From assembly GCA_051294375.1 (NCBI GenBank), contig CM119271.1, positions 6,821,632 to 6,885,631 of the forward strand: a DNA stretch of 64,000 bases. The letters are read 5' to 3'. How positions within the stretch are numbered: the stretch's first letter is position 1; each line of letters begins with the position of its first letter. The DNA comes from Paraspadella gotoi. Lineage: Eukaryota > Animalia > Chaetognatha. A model generated the notes under the pieces. That model saw only the letters and a program-made list of their open reading frames with translations. It was not told where the DNA came from and ran no database searches. Of this stretch, positions 12,448 through 25,348 are shown piece after piece. The position numbers were made by a program, and so were the translations under genes.

Positions 12448-15400
12448 TCACTGGGATCTGGCAATGTCGGAAAAAAAATCCAAGAGGTCTTGAATGGTAA
12501 AGTTGAGCGTGATCATCGAGCCCGGGTAGCATTTGTTGATGAGTTCTTCGAAATGTTTGTATTGATTCAAGAATTCCAACTGCATTGAGTGCCAAACGGT
12601 TTGATTCAAGTTCTCCTCCTCGCATAGATGCTTCTCGACTTTTTTGTAAAGCAGCTCGATGTTCTTTTTTACGTCTTTTTTCGGATATTCATCGATTACC
12701 TTTCGCAGTTCTTGCCTGTTTAAATGCAAACGAAATGGGATTAATTCGGTGAGTTTCATGACCAATGTAAATAATAAATGCAGTTAGACTGTCGCGCGTC
12801 ACCTTGAAAAGGCCATCTGGTAACCAATCTCCTCCATCTTGACCCCTTGGGCGACTTTGGATTGAATTCCTTCGAAAAAATAATTTAATTTCTCCAATGG
12901 ACGTCCCAATTGCATGGTCACATAAGTATTCAGATGCTCTGTATATTTCGCCTTAGCGTTCTTTCGTTGCTCCTCCAGACATGGAATCTTGAAAAAAGAG
13001 AAGAAAAATATAATTTGCTTTTGAATTGAAAAAATAATGAAAGGGAAAAACTCGACCAATTTATGTACTTTAAATCTGGCGAGGAGGTCGTACATGTGAT
13101 GATAATTTTCCATCATAACGACGTCCTTGGGGTTTTTCTGCTGCTCGGCCGCGCATCGAAGAATGTTGTTAAAAATAGTTCCAACGATGCGAGTGTAGGC
13201 TTTGTCCAAATCGGTCTTTCTTTCCGAACCTGGACCGAGCGAGAAAAAAGTTGCAGTTTAAACATTTAAAATGACAGACTGGAAAAACCAATCGCTTAAC
13301 AAAGAAGCAACCTTGGAAATAAACGAGCCATTCCTTTGGAATGAAAAGGACAAAAGTATTCTAAAAAAAATCCTATTACGTTTTTACCTGTTTACATACA
13401 TAGCAAGAAAACTATAAAAATAATAAATAAATAAATAACTAACTGCAACTAAACTGCAATTCTTCCTGATATTAATTGAAATAAGTTCGCGGAGAAACTT
13501 ACAGCCAATCCTCGGTTGCCTTGTCTTGGATAAACATTTATCTGTTTAACGAAAAATGATACATTCTTACGCAAAGAAGCAATTTAAGGCATCTGCTAGT
13601 AATTGTATATCGCCTAACGTAAAATATCAAACCTTTAAAGATTGTCTCAGCCTCGGAAACGAATTCTTCGAAACTGGCGACAAATGGCAGAATCCCACAT
13701 CTTTTGTTCTTGGCGACGCGGCAATCCTCGATGGATTTGAGGTGAAGATTGACGAGTTGATCGAAGTTGCGCTTCGCCTGTCGAGCGACAATTGATATTG
13801 TTTTCATCTAGCTAAATTTTTAAATTTCTAAATTTCTACTCTTCAATTCTCAACATACATGCACAACACAACATGTCAGGAACAAACTTGTGGAATCTCG
13901 ATTGGAACTTTGTGGAAATCCGTATAAACATTTGTGGATTTAATTCATTCATTGATTGTCTTATTTAATTAAAGATTCATAGATTATTCATTCTTTCGTC
14001 AAGACCAACCAACCTGAATTAAACATGATCCGAAGGTGATTCCCAAAAACGATCCAGATTGGGAGAATGGGCGGATGTGACTCGCTCGCTCATCCTGACC
14101 TAAAAGCCATTAATTTTATAAACGAGAGAAGAAAATAAATAAAATTAATAAAATTAATTACCAAAGCGTAAAGCGAGTTGTAACCGTCGATGGAGTGACC
14201 CTGGTTGAGGAATGACATCAGCTCGATTTCGAGGTTGGGGAAAAGAGCCTCCAGAATGCGTTTGAGCGGATTGTTCTTCAGCTGCCAAAACTCAACAACC
14301 TTGGCCAACGTCGCAGCCTCCATGTCGTTTTCTTTGGGCTCAACGGAATCCGGCGGATCACTATAAACAAGGTATTTCATGAAATTGGTACAACCAATAT
14401 AAAAATATATACCGTATCTTGCCCCTGACTATTTTGACAACTTCTTTATCATTACAACTGCAGTGCAAAAAATGTAACCCCCATATAAGATAACTATAGC
14501 TCTTTCAAAAAACTATTGATTGAAACCAAAAATATAAATTGATTTAGCAGCAGAATTAAGCAATTCTTTTAAATCTAAACTGATGCTCACAATATAGAAT
14601 TGATATAATGATAATGTAATTAACATATATAAAAGGGTTAGAAATAAATCTGCTTTACCTTTTAAAACAAAAAAAAAAAAAAAAAAAAAAAAAATTTAAT
14701 TGCTGCCAAAAATTAATTAATTATTAATTATTAATTTTAAAAATTAATAATGAAAACAATCATTTTTTAAATTAAATTAAAATCAAAATAATTTTATAAT
14801 AAAATATAAAACAATTCATTTATTGTGTATTGATTGTGACATTATGTTGAATCAACACTGTTCTTGTGTATCACTGTATCGAATTCTTGATATGAAATAA
14901 AATAAATATATATATATATATTACTCTGCTTAAACACGAAATGACTTCAGGAAAAAATTTAAAAGTCAAAAACTTTTGAAAGTAACCTAGGGCAAGTTAT
15001 CACTTTGATGAGCTTAACTGTTTAACTTAACTGTTTTTTTAATTTTTAAGAGAACTTTTCCTTACAGGTTCAATTATTTTAATTTGATTTTGTTTAAAAA
15101 TCGTTGACATGACACACACTGAATATGCTCAGCCAATTTAATATTATAAACATTTTATAATAAATAAAAGTTTTAAACTTTTTTAACTAAAACTAATTTT
15201 TTATCTTCATATTTTTTATACCAATCGACTTGGACGTGCTATAACTTTAGAACGCTTGGCTAAATTTTAATGGAACTTGGACCAATCGCTTCATATTTCA
15301 ATAAGCTTTGTTTTATTTTTCTATATCCTTAAAGTTCAGCCATCCAATACCGATTTGTTACTTTTTACTTTTTTTTGCGTCGAAGTGAATTTATAAACGC

Positions 15401-17684
15401 GACTTACTTCAAATGAAAAAACTTTGTGCAAAAGTCCTGCTCTTGCTTGCAAAATGGCTCCAGTTCGTTAAGAACTTTTTCCAGAACTCGATCGAAAGAT
15501 CCGCGTCCTGCTGGATCACCGAAGCTTCGACCGCCGGACTCAGAAGACGAAGTGGGCGACACAGGAGACATTTTATTTAAGCTGCTCGATGAACCGTCGA
15601 GGCCTCTGAACGAAAAACCGTATCGTCAACTTCCACAGCTGCACACTTAGTGCACAGTTAGATCGAAAACTTCTCATCAAACAGAGAAAAATCGCGTACC
15701 TGGAAATATTTCCAGGAGCTAGACGATTGCTTGCAGAGATTGAGGCGCCGGAAGCAAAGCCAAGTCCCAAACTGTTCTTCGCTCGCTCGAAAAAGTCGTT
15801 AATTTGCTTTTCGTAAACTTTGCTGATACTTGAAATGTAAACCTTATAAGTTCCTTCGAAGCGCTTCATGTCAACTTGTTTCAGCCAAAACATCAAATCA
15901 CAGTAATCCAGTAGTTCTTTGTGAGCGGATCGATGCGAGGGGATCTTTAACTCTTGGGCGTGATAACTTAGCGTACCTTAAAGATAAGATCGAAAGAGTA
16001 CTTTCTTAAATCATAAATCAGACTGACTAAAGAAATGTTACTTTTTTAACATTACCGGTAACGGACAATTCGTTTCCTTGTTGAATGAATTTGCTCGTGA
16101 TGAATTTAACGAATCGATTTTGAAAGACTTGACTCAATTTTTCTAATTTCTTCTTTTGATCTTGAACCGCTTTCATTTGGCTAAGACCTGACGACCAAAT
16201 AAATAAATTTAATAATCGATAATATCATAGATAATCGAGACAAATGAGTGAAAGTGAGCGGACTCAAACCCGGATGCAACGAGGAGGCCATTGCCGCTCG
16301 AAGGCTCACGGCAGCAACAGAGCACTGGTGAATGCCGTCGGGCTTATCGAGGGCGCCGTCGGTGAGCGCGGCCTCGTGAGTCTTGCTGAACTCCAGCTGG
16401 TCGACGACCTCTTGCAGGGTGGACATAAGTGACTCCATGTTAACGTTAACCGTCTGCAAACTCCCGTCTCGCTCCTCCATTGCTTCCATGTAGTCGCGAA
16501 CGGTCTGCAACTGGCGGTCGTAACAATCGAGGTTCTCTTCGATGGAAGTAGCGTGGGCCAAAGCACTTAAGGGTGAAAGCGCTATTTATTAAGTACGTTA
16601 TAGATTGCATATTTTATTTCTGCCATTTTCAAAACTACCCACTTGTCCAGTAAAGACATCAGATCGGCGACAGCGGCTTCAGAAGCCAACAAAGAATGAA
16701 TCTGGGCCTCTTCCAAGACGCCCAAGTCTCCTTGGAGGCGTTGCAGAAAGAGCTCCGCGTTGCTGACGGCAGATTCGCATTCGGACATCAGCGTTTCTAG
16801 ATCCTCGGCTTCGCTGGGCGTGATAGCCTAGAGATATTTTACAAAAAAATAAAGCAAAGCTCAAAAGTTGGGTGAACCGTTTGAAGGTAATAAGCAATTA
16901 CTTGATATTCGGCCCCTTGTTGAAGATTAACAGGAAGACCGTCCACATCGCTCTCGTTCTCGTTCGAGCCGATGTCATCTCCACCGGCGCTGTCGGGCGT
17001 CGCTCCCGGAATCGCGCTTGCCGAAGAGATCACTCCACGATTCACTTCGTCTTGTAATCTCAAGGGAAAAAAGTCAAACCGTTAAAAATTTAAACATAGT
17101 GAGAAACTTTAAGACTTCCACCTCGATCGTCTCTCACCTTTGCGAGATGTGAAGAAATTGTGGCTTTTGCCGCGTCAAATAGCGATTGCAAAGCTTGATG
17201 ATGGAAAATATGAATTCGTCCTTTTCCTTGGGCGACGAGGCGACCCATTTGAACAGCTTGTCGAACTGCAGGTCAAATTCGCCCTTGTCCGAGTCTTTGG
17301 CATCCACACAACGAAGCTCTCGCAGTCCCCAGCTCGTTTTCTTTTTATAGCTGTCGCCCCGTTCCGCTTTTTTTATCTGGATAAATACAGTTAGTAGTTA
17401 ACGGTAGTTACAGTAGTTGAAAACGTAAAAGCGAGAATAAGATGTAAAAAAGACATTTTCGAGTCAGGCTTAGAAGAAATTCTCAAAATCTTCTGTGAAT
17501 TCTCCGTGAAGTCACGTCAGACCTGGTGAATCTGAACAGCAGCGGGTTGCTCCGTCGTGACGGTAATACAGAGTAAAGATACTTTTCGACGACGACCGAA
17601 TTTGGTGACGTGGACGACACCGTGTAGACGTTCGTCGTGGGGGGAAAAGACTTCACGTTGAAGAGTGTGTCGAATCGCCGCCAT
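12448..17684 (-). CDS. EXOC1: Exocyst complex component 1 (Sec3), multi-exon
   Basis: Start [20 protein letters not shown]. Internal exons include [20 protein letters not shown] and [14 protein letters not shown]. The C-terminus [15 protein letters not shown]...[27 protein letters not shown] is typical of Sec3. Confidence 0.95.
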
Positions 17685-17809
17685 TGTTTTGCGGCTTTTT
17701 GTTTTTCTTATCAATAATTTACTAAAACGAGAACGAGAATAAGCTAAGAATCAAATGTGAGAAACGAGCATTGAAACCATGTTGATAGTTAAATAAAGAC
17801 GTCACCCAA

Positions 17810-20800
17810 CTCAACCGTGCAAAGTTCCGACCAAAAGTTTTTCAACCCGAAATGACGTTAAGTACCGATTTGTCTGCTCAAGGGCTATTAATCGCACCAA
17901 ATTCGATACTTGAAAAAACGCCACGGGGTGGATCAAAAGCGCCAAAGTCACGTGACTTCCGGTTATCTCCAATTTTTTTGGTTTCGTTGATTTTTTTTTA
18001 AAAGACAAAAATTTAAAGATGAAAATAGTTAAAATAGTAAGAATAGATAGTAATATAAAGAAAAAACAATATAAAATATTTAATTGGTAAAAAATAATTA
18101 GAAAAAACCTAATATAAAGTCAATGTTACACGATAATAATGAAAGAAATTACCGTTTGTTAGCTATTGTTTTTAGTTTTATCCACCTAGCGAGTTATACA
18201 GAATTTTAATTTGATTTTATAGAAATTTATTTAATTTGAATGTAAATTTGATTTTATATCTATATTCTTATAACAGGCACAGTCCAATATGAATAGTAGA
18301 AAACCGATATCAGCTGATTTTGGAATTGGCACCGCTATTGACAATTTTCCGTCCCCTCCATGCCAGCCACACAAGGGGAAAGCAGTGATTGAACGTTTAC
18401 ATGGAGTGTATAACTCTGCCAGAGAGATTTTAGCAAAGCAAAAACGCAAGTCGCTCAGGAACTGATGATACTGTGGCGAAAAGGTGACGAAACGATTCCA
18501 CTTCAGTGCAAATTGAAAATTGATAAATTCCGTGAAGATTTCAAAGTCGTCCGAAAAAAGTGCTGAAAAGTCGTCCGAAATATACAATTGCAGTAAGTTT
18601 CAGTATTTTTGAATATCTCAAGAAAACTTAATAAAAGTATTAAAATTTTTTTAGCATAAATCGTTTATGTCGACGGAGGGATTCATATTTTTGACATCTC
18701 CGCTGAGGACGCTATTGATATCGTTCTCCATGACTTAACAAAATCCAAGAAAGACCGAGAAGAGGACGCCGAATTTCTACGGCGCTTACGCCGAAATGAT
18801 CATGTTGCATTCGGCAATTTTGATATCAAGCGGCTCGAGAGATTTAAACGAGCTGCAAAGCGTCATTTGGAGCACCCAAGCAAGAGATGGAAAAGAAGCA
18901 AAGCGTAAACAGGTATATGATTCTAGCATACAAGCACATAGCAGTAAATTGTGATAATTTTTACTTTAAATGTCATACTAATTGGTAATTCATAAAGGAT
19001 GACAATGCGACTGTTTCGTCAGAGATCATTTGCGATATTGACCCTCCATCTGTCGCTAAAGATACTGATCCTACCTGGCAACCAATAGACAAAAAAAGAG
19101 CTAACTTCCAGAGGAAATAAACATCGTTTTAAAGAAAAAGAGCTGGATCAAACCTGCAATCCATGCGCCGATCGAGCTGGCGTGTCTACGGACAGTCTTT
19201 TCCATATTCTCCTGCGCTTTGCTCTCATCGGCAATGGTGTCGAACTAAAGGATGTCAAAATTTCACCTTCACTTATTAATGAGTTGCGACGGGAAGTTCA
19301 TTTGGAAACTGCAACATCGGTCAAAGTAATAATCAGATAATAGAAATTTATTGACTATTAAAAATAATAATTGACTTGTTAATAATAACACATATTACAA
19401 ATTTTTTTGTAGGAAAATTTCCAATTTCCACCTTTCCTGCAAATACATTTCGACGGAAAAAAACGACAAGATCCAATTACTGGCGAATTCAAAGAATATA
19501 TTTCTGTTGTCATTACTGGACCCGGCATGGTATCTGAAAAGTTTCTCTTAGATGCACCAACTGAGGCAGGAACAGGATTTTTATCGCAGAAACTGTTTTC
19601 AAAGCAATCGTTGACTGGGATTTGGTTTCTCGCGTTGTTAGTTTTTCTTTTGATACTTGTTCGGTGAATACCGGAATACACGGAGGTATGAAAAAGTAAA
19701 TTAAAAAATGGGTCTAATAAAATCAAATTTGATTAAAATATACTTTATAGCCGCGTGCATGCATATTGAAAGAATGTTAGGGAAACCTGTAATTTGGATG
19801 CCGTGCATGCATCACATTTTGGAAGTCATTGCTTCATCATTTATCCAAGTTCGCTGGAAAACCTCCGGACCCAAGATTCCATTTATAAGCGCTTCAAAGC
19901 TTCATGGCCACTTATTCTAAAGCGAATGGACGAAATTGTTGAAAAGGCTCATGAAAAAGTTTCCCTTTTGACTCCAGAAGACGACGTGACTCGACGACTT
20001 CACAAATTTGTAACAAGTATTTTTACAACTCATTGGTTCCTCTTCAGTTTTAATTTGTTTGGCCTCGTCAACGTCCTCAGCCTCGTCTAATACAGAAGCC
20101 ACTCGGAGAGTGGAAGTATTATCGAGGAGATTATTTAGAGTTTATCAAACTTGTTAAGGTAAACTTTGCAGTCTTGAAAGTCAAATTAAAATAATTATAT
20201 TTTTATTTCATATATGTTTTTTTCCCCCGATCTCTTTGTCGTGATCAAAGGATTGGTAATTAAAAAAAATGTTAACATCCTTTTTAAGTAGTCTATACAG
20301 TAGCTTAGCCTTAGAATAGACTAGACTCAGAGCTTGATAAGAGTTTTTATACTTTATTCTGGCATACAACAATGTACAGTAGATCAAACTGAGTAAAAAA
20401 GGGTACATTTTTATCATTAATTTTCTTAGTTTTTGACTGGAAATACGCAAATCATCAAAATGGCACAACGAACTGTCTGCTACCCACCACGCGAGGTGGA
20501 TGGGAAACCTATTGTACATTTTGAAAATGCTTTTGTGTCAAGGTCCTGAATTTAAGCTCAGCCCAACCAACAACAAGATATCATTGCGATGAGCTTTTAT
20601 ATTGTAATATATCCACTTTCCGTACTGGTAAAAAAATATTAAAAGAACTGCAAACATTGTAAGAATAATTATTTTTTAATCGTGATTTATAGGTTTGTTT
20701 TGGCAAAACTGCTGACGCTCCGGTGTTGACGCTTCAACTGCATCGAGATTTGGAAGACTGGAAGTCTCGTGATTCAGCTGGGGCACGAGCGGCCATTCGT

Positions 20801-21775
20801 AAATTGGATCTTCATACCGACTACTTAACTGGAAGGTCCGTTATCTTCGCACTGGCTTCCGATAAGGTTGATGACACAACGAAAGCAGCCATGTCTGTTG
20901 CACTTAAAATCTATTTTCGTCGGTTCACACTGATGTTGGCAAGCCTGCTGCTCCGAGAGTCTACTCTGAGGATACGTTAGATAATTTTATTAACCATGAG
21001 TCCTGGCTCTTTTTTAAGGTAACACACTTATATATTTTATATTAAGTAGAATATATATTAAGGAAATCAATCCTTTCTTTTTCAGTTATGTAAAGTTGAG
21101 CCGGCCTTTCTTTCAATTCCTGTAAAGGATTGGCCTGCGGACGAGTCTTAACAAGCTGTTCTGCTTTCTTGTCAACGGATTTTCGACTGTGAATGATGCT
21201 GCGAAAGAGGATTAAATTTGCTTCGGACTTTCACGGCCGCATTACCCCGCGACCAAGAGCAAACACAGCGGAATGCTTCAAGGGATAGAGAAAGCACGGA
21301 AAAGGCATTCTAAAGCGACTAGATTAAGCTATTGCTAAAATCTTTTTTGAAAATTATGTCAATAATTGTGGATAATCGTTCTGTTTTTTTAATTTGATAA
21401 CCTGAAAAATAGCATTTTTGACGCGGAAAAACCGGAAGTTGTTTTTTCTAGTATTATGTTTTGAAACAATAAAAATAGGAATGTTCGTGTTTATTCTTAT
21501 ATTTTCTTGAGAAGAAGTATTAAAAAGTGTAGGTAAAATATTTTTTTTCTTTTGAAAATAATTAAATAACCTTCCCATAATTAAATAACCTTCGAAACCC
21601 CTATATTTGACGCTCGTGGCACTTTGACGCTCTTGATCCACCCCGTACTGCATTTTTAAAAAAATGAAATGGGCACCATTCGAAAGACCTCGATCAGACG
21701 AATCGGTAGACTACGTCATTTCGGGTCTAAAATGATTTTGGTCGGTGGGCAAAGATCCTACGTGCACTTTAGTAA
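17810..21775 (+). mobile_element. Degenerate DDE DNA transposon (hAT-related, CxxH/RW-type transposase) with long imperfect terminal inverted repeats; ends approximate
   Basis: 17827-17949 is an imperfect inverted copy of 21620-21745 (CCGACCAAAA, ACCCGAAATGACGT, TACCGATT, ACGGGGTGGATCAA). Frameshifted, intron-broken plus-strand remnants: IHFDGKK, FSFDTCSVNTG, WMPCMHHILE, HHARWMGNLLY, TVNDAA. Confidence 0.75.
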
Positions 21776-22170
21776 TAAGGGGAAAAAATATGAATTTTTT
21801 CATAAGGTTATACCAAGTAGTACAAATTTAATGCTTGAAAAAAAAATTTAGTATAAAATTATTAAATAATAAATATATACTATTAACAAATATTTTGTCT
21901 CCTACATAGTAGCATTATTAACGGAATAGAGTGATAGGTAAAAAAAAGTAAAAAAAAAAAAAAAAAGCCAAAATCAATAGATCAATAGATCAATCATCGA
22001 GTCGTTAATATTCGTGAAGCGAGGGAAACGAGTAAAAAATTGGGGAACAATACCTATGGCTGACATAATAAAAAAAATATCAGACGGTGGCACTTGGCGA
22101 TGAATCAAGACCTAATTGTAGCGGTAAAAAATCGTTTCTCGTTGAAGGCGATCGTTGCTGATCGAGAGGA

Positions 22171-23205
22171 TCAACTGGTTCGCGCCAGGGCCAGCATGGA
22201 GAAGTGAAACTCTTCCGGATCTCGCTTCATGAACTCGGCGCAGACCTTGGCGGCGTCGTTAAGAAATGAGTGCGGAGTCGAGGAACCGTGGTTGATGGGA
22301 AACGGCTTGCGACCGTCCAATTCGTAGAGGCTCCCATCTAGTTTCAAAGTGGGATATTAAAAATTAACTTAAGGTGTCGCTAAATGATGACTTAAGTCAT
22401 CCTACCTTTTTGTACTAGAGATACGAAGTGGAGATTGGTTCTGTGCATGTTGGAGGGCGCTTCAGTTTGTCCTATGGGGATAAGGGGATGACAAATAAAC
22501 CTAAATACGGATACAGTACGTGGAATGTTCAGTAAATTGTGTAAAAACCTTCTTGAGCAGATGCGCTGTGAACGTTACAGATTCCTTCGTCGCTTTCCAT
22601 GTACTTGGCTTTCTCCTCAGGATCCATCGAAGAGGTCACGTTGAGAAATTTTGAGAGGTAACCAGTTTTATCTAAAATCAGGCGAATTAAAAGAGGAAAC
22701 GGTCAGGCGTAATAGAAAGAATTTCGTCAGTTCTTTAACGTAAGCTATTCTCACCTTCGATGGGAATTTGCTCCGTGTTGTTAAGAATACTGTGAAGCAG
22801 GGCGACTGTGCCACAGGCATTTCCGATCGTTTGCTTCATGAAGTAGACCTTAGGACTGACTTCTTGACCTTCGGCTCGAAGTTTCTCTTCTTGGGCCACT
22901 CGGTGAGACTCGTACTTTTCATTGATGGGGAATAAGAGAATCATGGCGACGACAGGCTGGGGCAGAAAGGCGAGAAGATCTGGATCTAGGCCGTACACAT
23001 CCACTAATTCCCAATTCTGGGAAACTCCTATAGAATAAAAAATGGAAGTTTTTAAAAAAAAGGATTAAACAAAATTTTAAAAAAGTTTAAAAAAAATACC
23101 AAGAGCCCCTCTCTTACCTAACTTATGGATAAATTTATTAAGAACCTCGGGGTTGGATTCCAGTGGCACCCATCGGTTTTGACCTTCTCTCGTTTCTTCT
23201 GTCAT
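22171..23205 (-). CDS. UCHL3: Ubiquitin C-terminal hydrolase (UCH-L1/L3 family), multi-exon
   Basis: MTEETREGQNRWVPLESNPE, DVYGLDPDLL, catalytic QTIGNACGTVALLH, LHFVS, YELDGRKPFPINHG, stop at 22171. Confidence 0.93.
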
Positions 23206-23413
23206 GTTCAATTATCAAGAAAGTTCTACTGTCAAAAAAAGTCACTGTTCAAAATCTGCGGGAAGGGACAAAAAAGGTTCTAATTAGTTCTACTTATAAT
23301 ATGAGAAACGCGAGCATTGACATATTCGCGAAACGGAAAACGCGAAAACTTGTTTTCGTCGAAATAATTTTAAAAAGGATTTTTTTTGTAAAAATAAAGA
23401 AAAATGGAAAAGT

Positions 23414-24007
23414 TTAAGCGGACTCATCATCGTCTTCATCATCTTCCTGGACGGGGTTCTTGAGCAAGACTCCCATATTCCTGTAGTGCGCCTTAGACTT
23501 CTCGACAAGATCAATCGCTTTTGTCCCATCCTCTCGACCGATGAGTCTCTGAGCGACGGCGTCCATGTCAACGTCCCCGCCCTCGTCCTCTTCTTCGTCG
23601 TCATCTTGGTCACGGCAACCAACGAGTGAATCTCCGTCTCGCCGGTCCGAGCAGGCCCGTACGGGAGACCTAGCCCGGTAGGGAGTCTTGGGCTCCTCGA
23701 TCTTCATGAAACCGTAGTCTTTGTCTGGCGGGTGGTATGTTTCTTTGACGTTCTCCTCGTCGAAGCAGGCCGACTTGCCGACAATACGGGAGTCGAGGAC
23801 GTGGCTGGTCTTGAGTATACCCCTGGGAGGCTGCGAGGCACTTCCTTCGCCGCTTAAGCCACCGACGTCCGTCTTCTTCAAAATGCCTCGAGGTGCACGA
23901 TTGAAAAGGATCGCAGGCGGGGCTTGTCCGATTCGGTTCTCTATGTCGGATATTTTCTCGTCGTCGTCCATGTCGACGTCGCTCGGAAGACCGCCTTCAA
24001 GACTCAT
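23414..24007 (-). CDS. PPP1R2: Protein phosphatase 1 inhibitor-2-like protein, intronless
   Basis: Two GILK motifs, KSACFDEENVKETYHPPDKDYGFMKIEEPKTPY, and a C-terminal KAHY motif. Confidence 0.85.
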   Translation of the reverse strand: MSLEGGLPSDVDMDDDEKISDIENRIGQAPPAILFNRAPRGILKKTDVGGLSGEGSASQPPRGILKTSHVLDSRIVGKSACFDEENVKETYHPPDKDYGFMKIEEPKTPYRARSPVRACSDRRDGDSLVGCRDQDDDEEEDEGGDVDMDAVAQRLIGREDGTKAIDLVEKSKAHYRNMGVLLKNPVQEDDEDDDESA

Positions 24008-24386
24008 TTACACACCCCCTCTCCTCACATTCAAAAATAACGCAACTAAACTCCTAAAAACTAAAAAAAACTTTTAAACGACCTATTGTATTTGCTAGCT
24101 TCTCCTCATAGACTGTAATTAAAAGGAGAAAAACAAAACAAAAATACAATAAAAGTTTGCAACAACAAAAAATTGATTGGGAAATAGTTTTGAAATCACA
24201 GTTAAATTGTACAATGCATCTTGTAAATTGAATAAATAAATAAAGAAAAAACATATGTCAAGGTAATTCGATCACGTGAAGAATTAGGGATAAGCGCAGC
24301 CCAATGCCCAATGTTACTTTCTCATTTTATATCCATGAGCCAAAGGAAAAAAGAATTATGCGCACGAATACAGGTATAAATTGAAT

Positions 24387-24959
24387 TCACAGAATCCAGC
24401 ATCCCCTTGGATTAAACTCTTTTAATTCTCTGTCATGGGCCCAGTTGTCATCAAAGGGTGTCACGTCTTCGATCTCAGCGTCGGTCAACGTCCAGGCATC
24501 GACGGCGAATCTTTCCGTCATCGTTCCCTTTGAATTCGCGCGCAACCGGTCCTTAGCAACCGCGGGCTTAAGAATATAAACCGAAACCTGATAATCAATC
24601 CATTTTTCACCATCACAAAAGCTAAAAAATACCATGATGTTTTCCGGGCGTAAAACACTGACGCTTAGTCTTTCATGTGGTAAACGATCCCTGTTATCAA
24701 CTTTGGAACCTTCAACATCGCCGGAACCGAATTCGACGTCGCTCAGCACTACGCGCGAAGCATTTTCCCCCGTCAAACGTATCCCGGCGATATGGACTCC
24801 TCCGACAGAGACTCGAGACGACCTGGGAAATACGGGCGCCACGCCGTGAGTCTCGACATTGATGGCGCAGTCGAGAAGACCGAACTCTTTATCAAGATCG
24901 CGCGGCTTGATCTTGACGGGCGTCGCCGCGTCTGGCCAAATCGTCACACAGCGAGCCAT
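24387..24959 (-). CDS. Uncharacterised ~175-aa protein ending in a CaaX motif (CWIL)
   Basis: GC-richer coding-like stretch from ATG 24959, with a probable 45-nt GT-AG intron at 24632-24588. No family recognised. Confidence 0.6.
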   Translation of the reverse strand: MARCVTIWPDAATPVKIKPRDLDKEFGLLDCAINVETHGVAPVFPRSSRVSVGGVHIAGIRLTGENASRVVLSDVEFGSGDVEGSKVDNRDRLPHERLSVSVLRPENIMVFFSFCDGEKWIDYQVSVYILKPAVAKDRLRANSKGTMTERFAVDAWTLTDAEIEDVTPFDDNWAHDRELKEFNPRGCWIL

Positions 24960-25348
24960 TGGATAAAGGTATCTTTTTGGACGGTGACTAAACGTGAATA
25001 ACAATAACAATAAGGAACAACAAGAAATGAGACTCGGGCGAGTATGAAGCGAGTTCCGTAGGGCCCAACTAATGAAATAAAAATAAATCACTCGGCCGAT
25101 TTGTCCAAAATATCTCAAAAAATGTTTCAAAAAGTAATTGATCTTCCAGAATAATGTAATCCAGTTGGTGGTCTTTTTTTAATTTCAAGAACAAAAACTT
25201 AACGAAATTGCCTCCGACTATCTACTATCTAGGTTTTCCATGTTTTCCGCTATTTGTGCCATCAACTATTTTACATTTAGCCATTTCAGTTTAAACTAGT
25301 GCAACTAAAGAAGCAAAAATACAAACTAAATTATATTCAGAGAAAAAT

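Noticed and set aside
15323-15332. ATATCCTT U12-type donor-like motif
   Set aside because: It is on the plus strand, antisense to EXOC1, with no associated exon.
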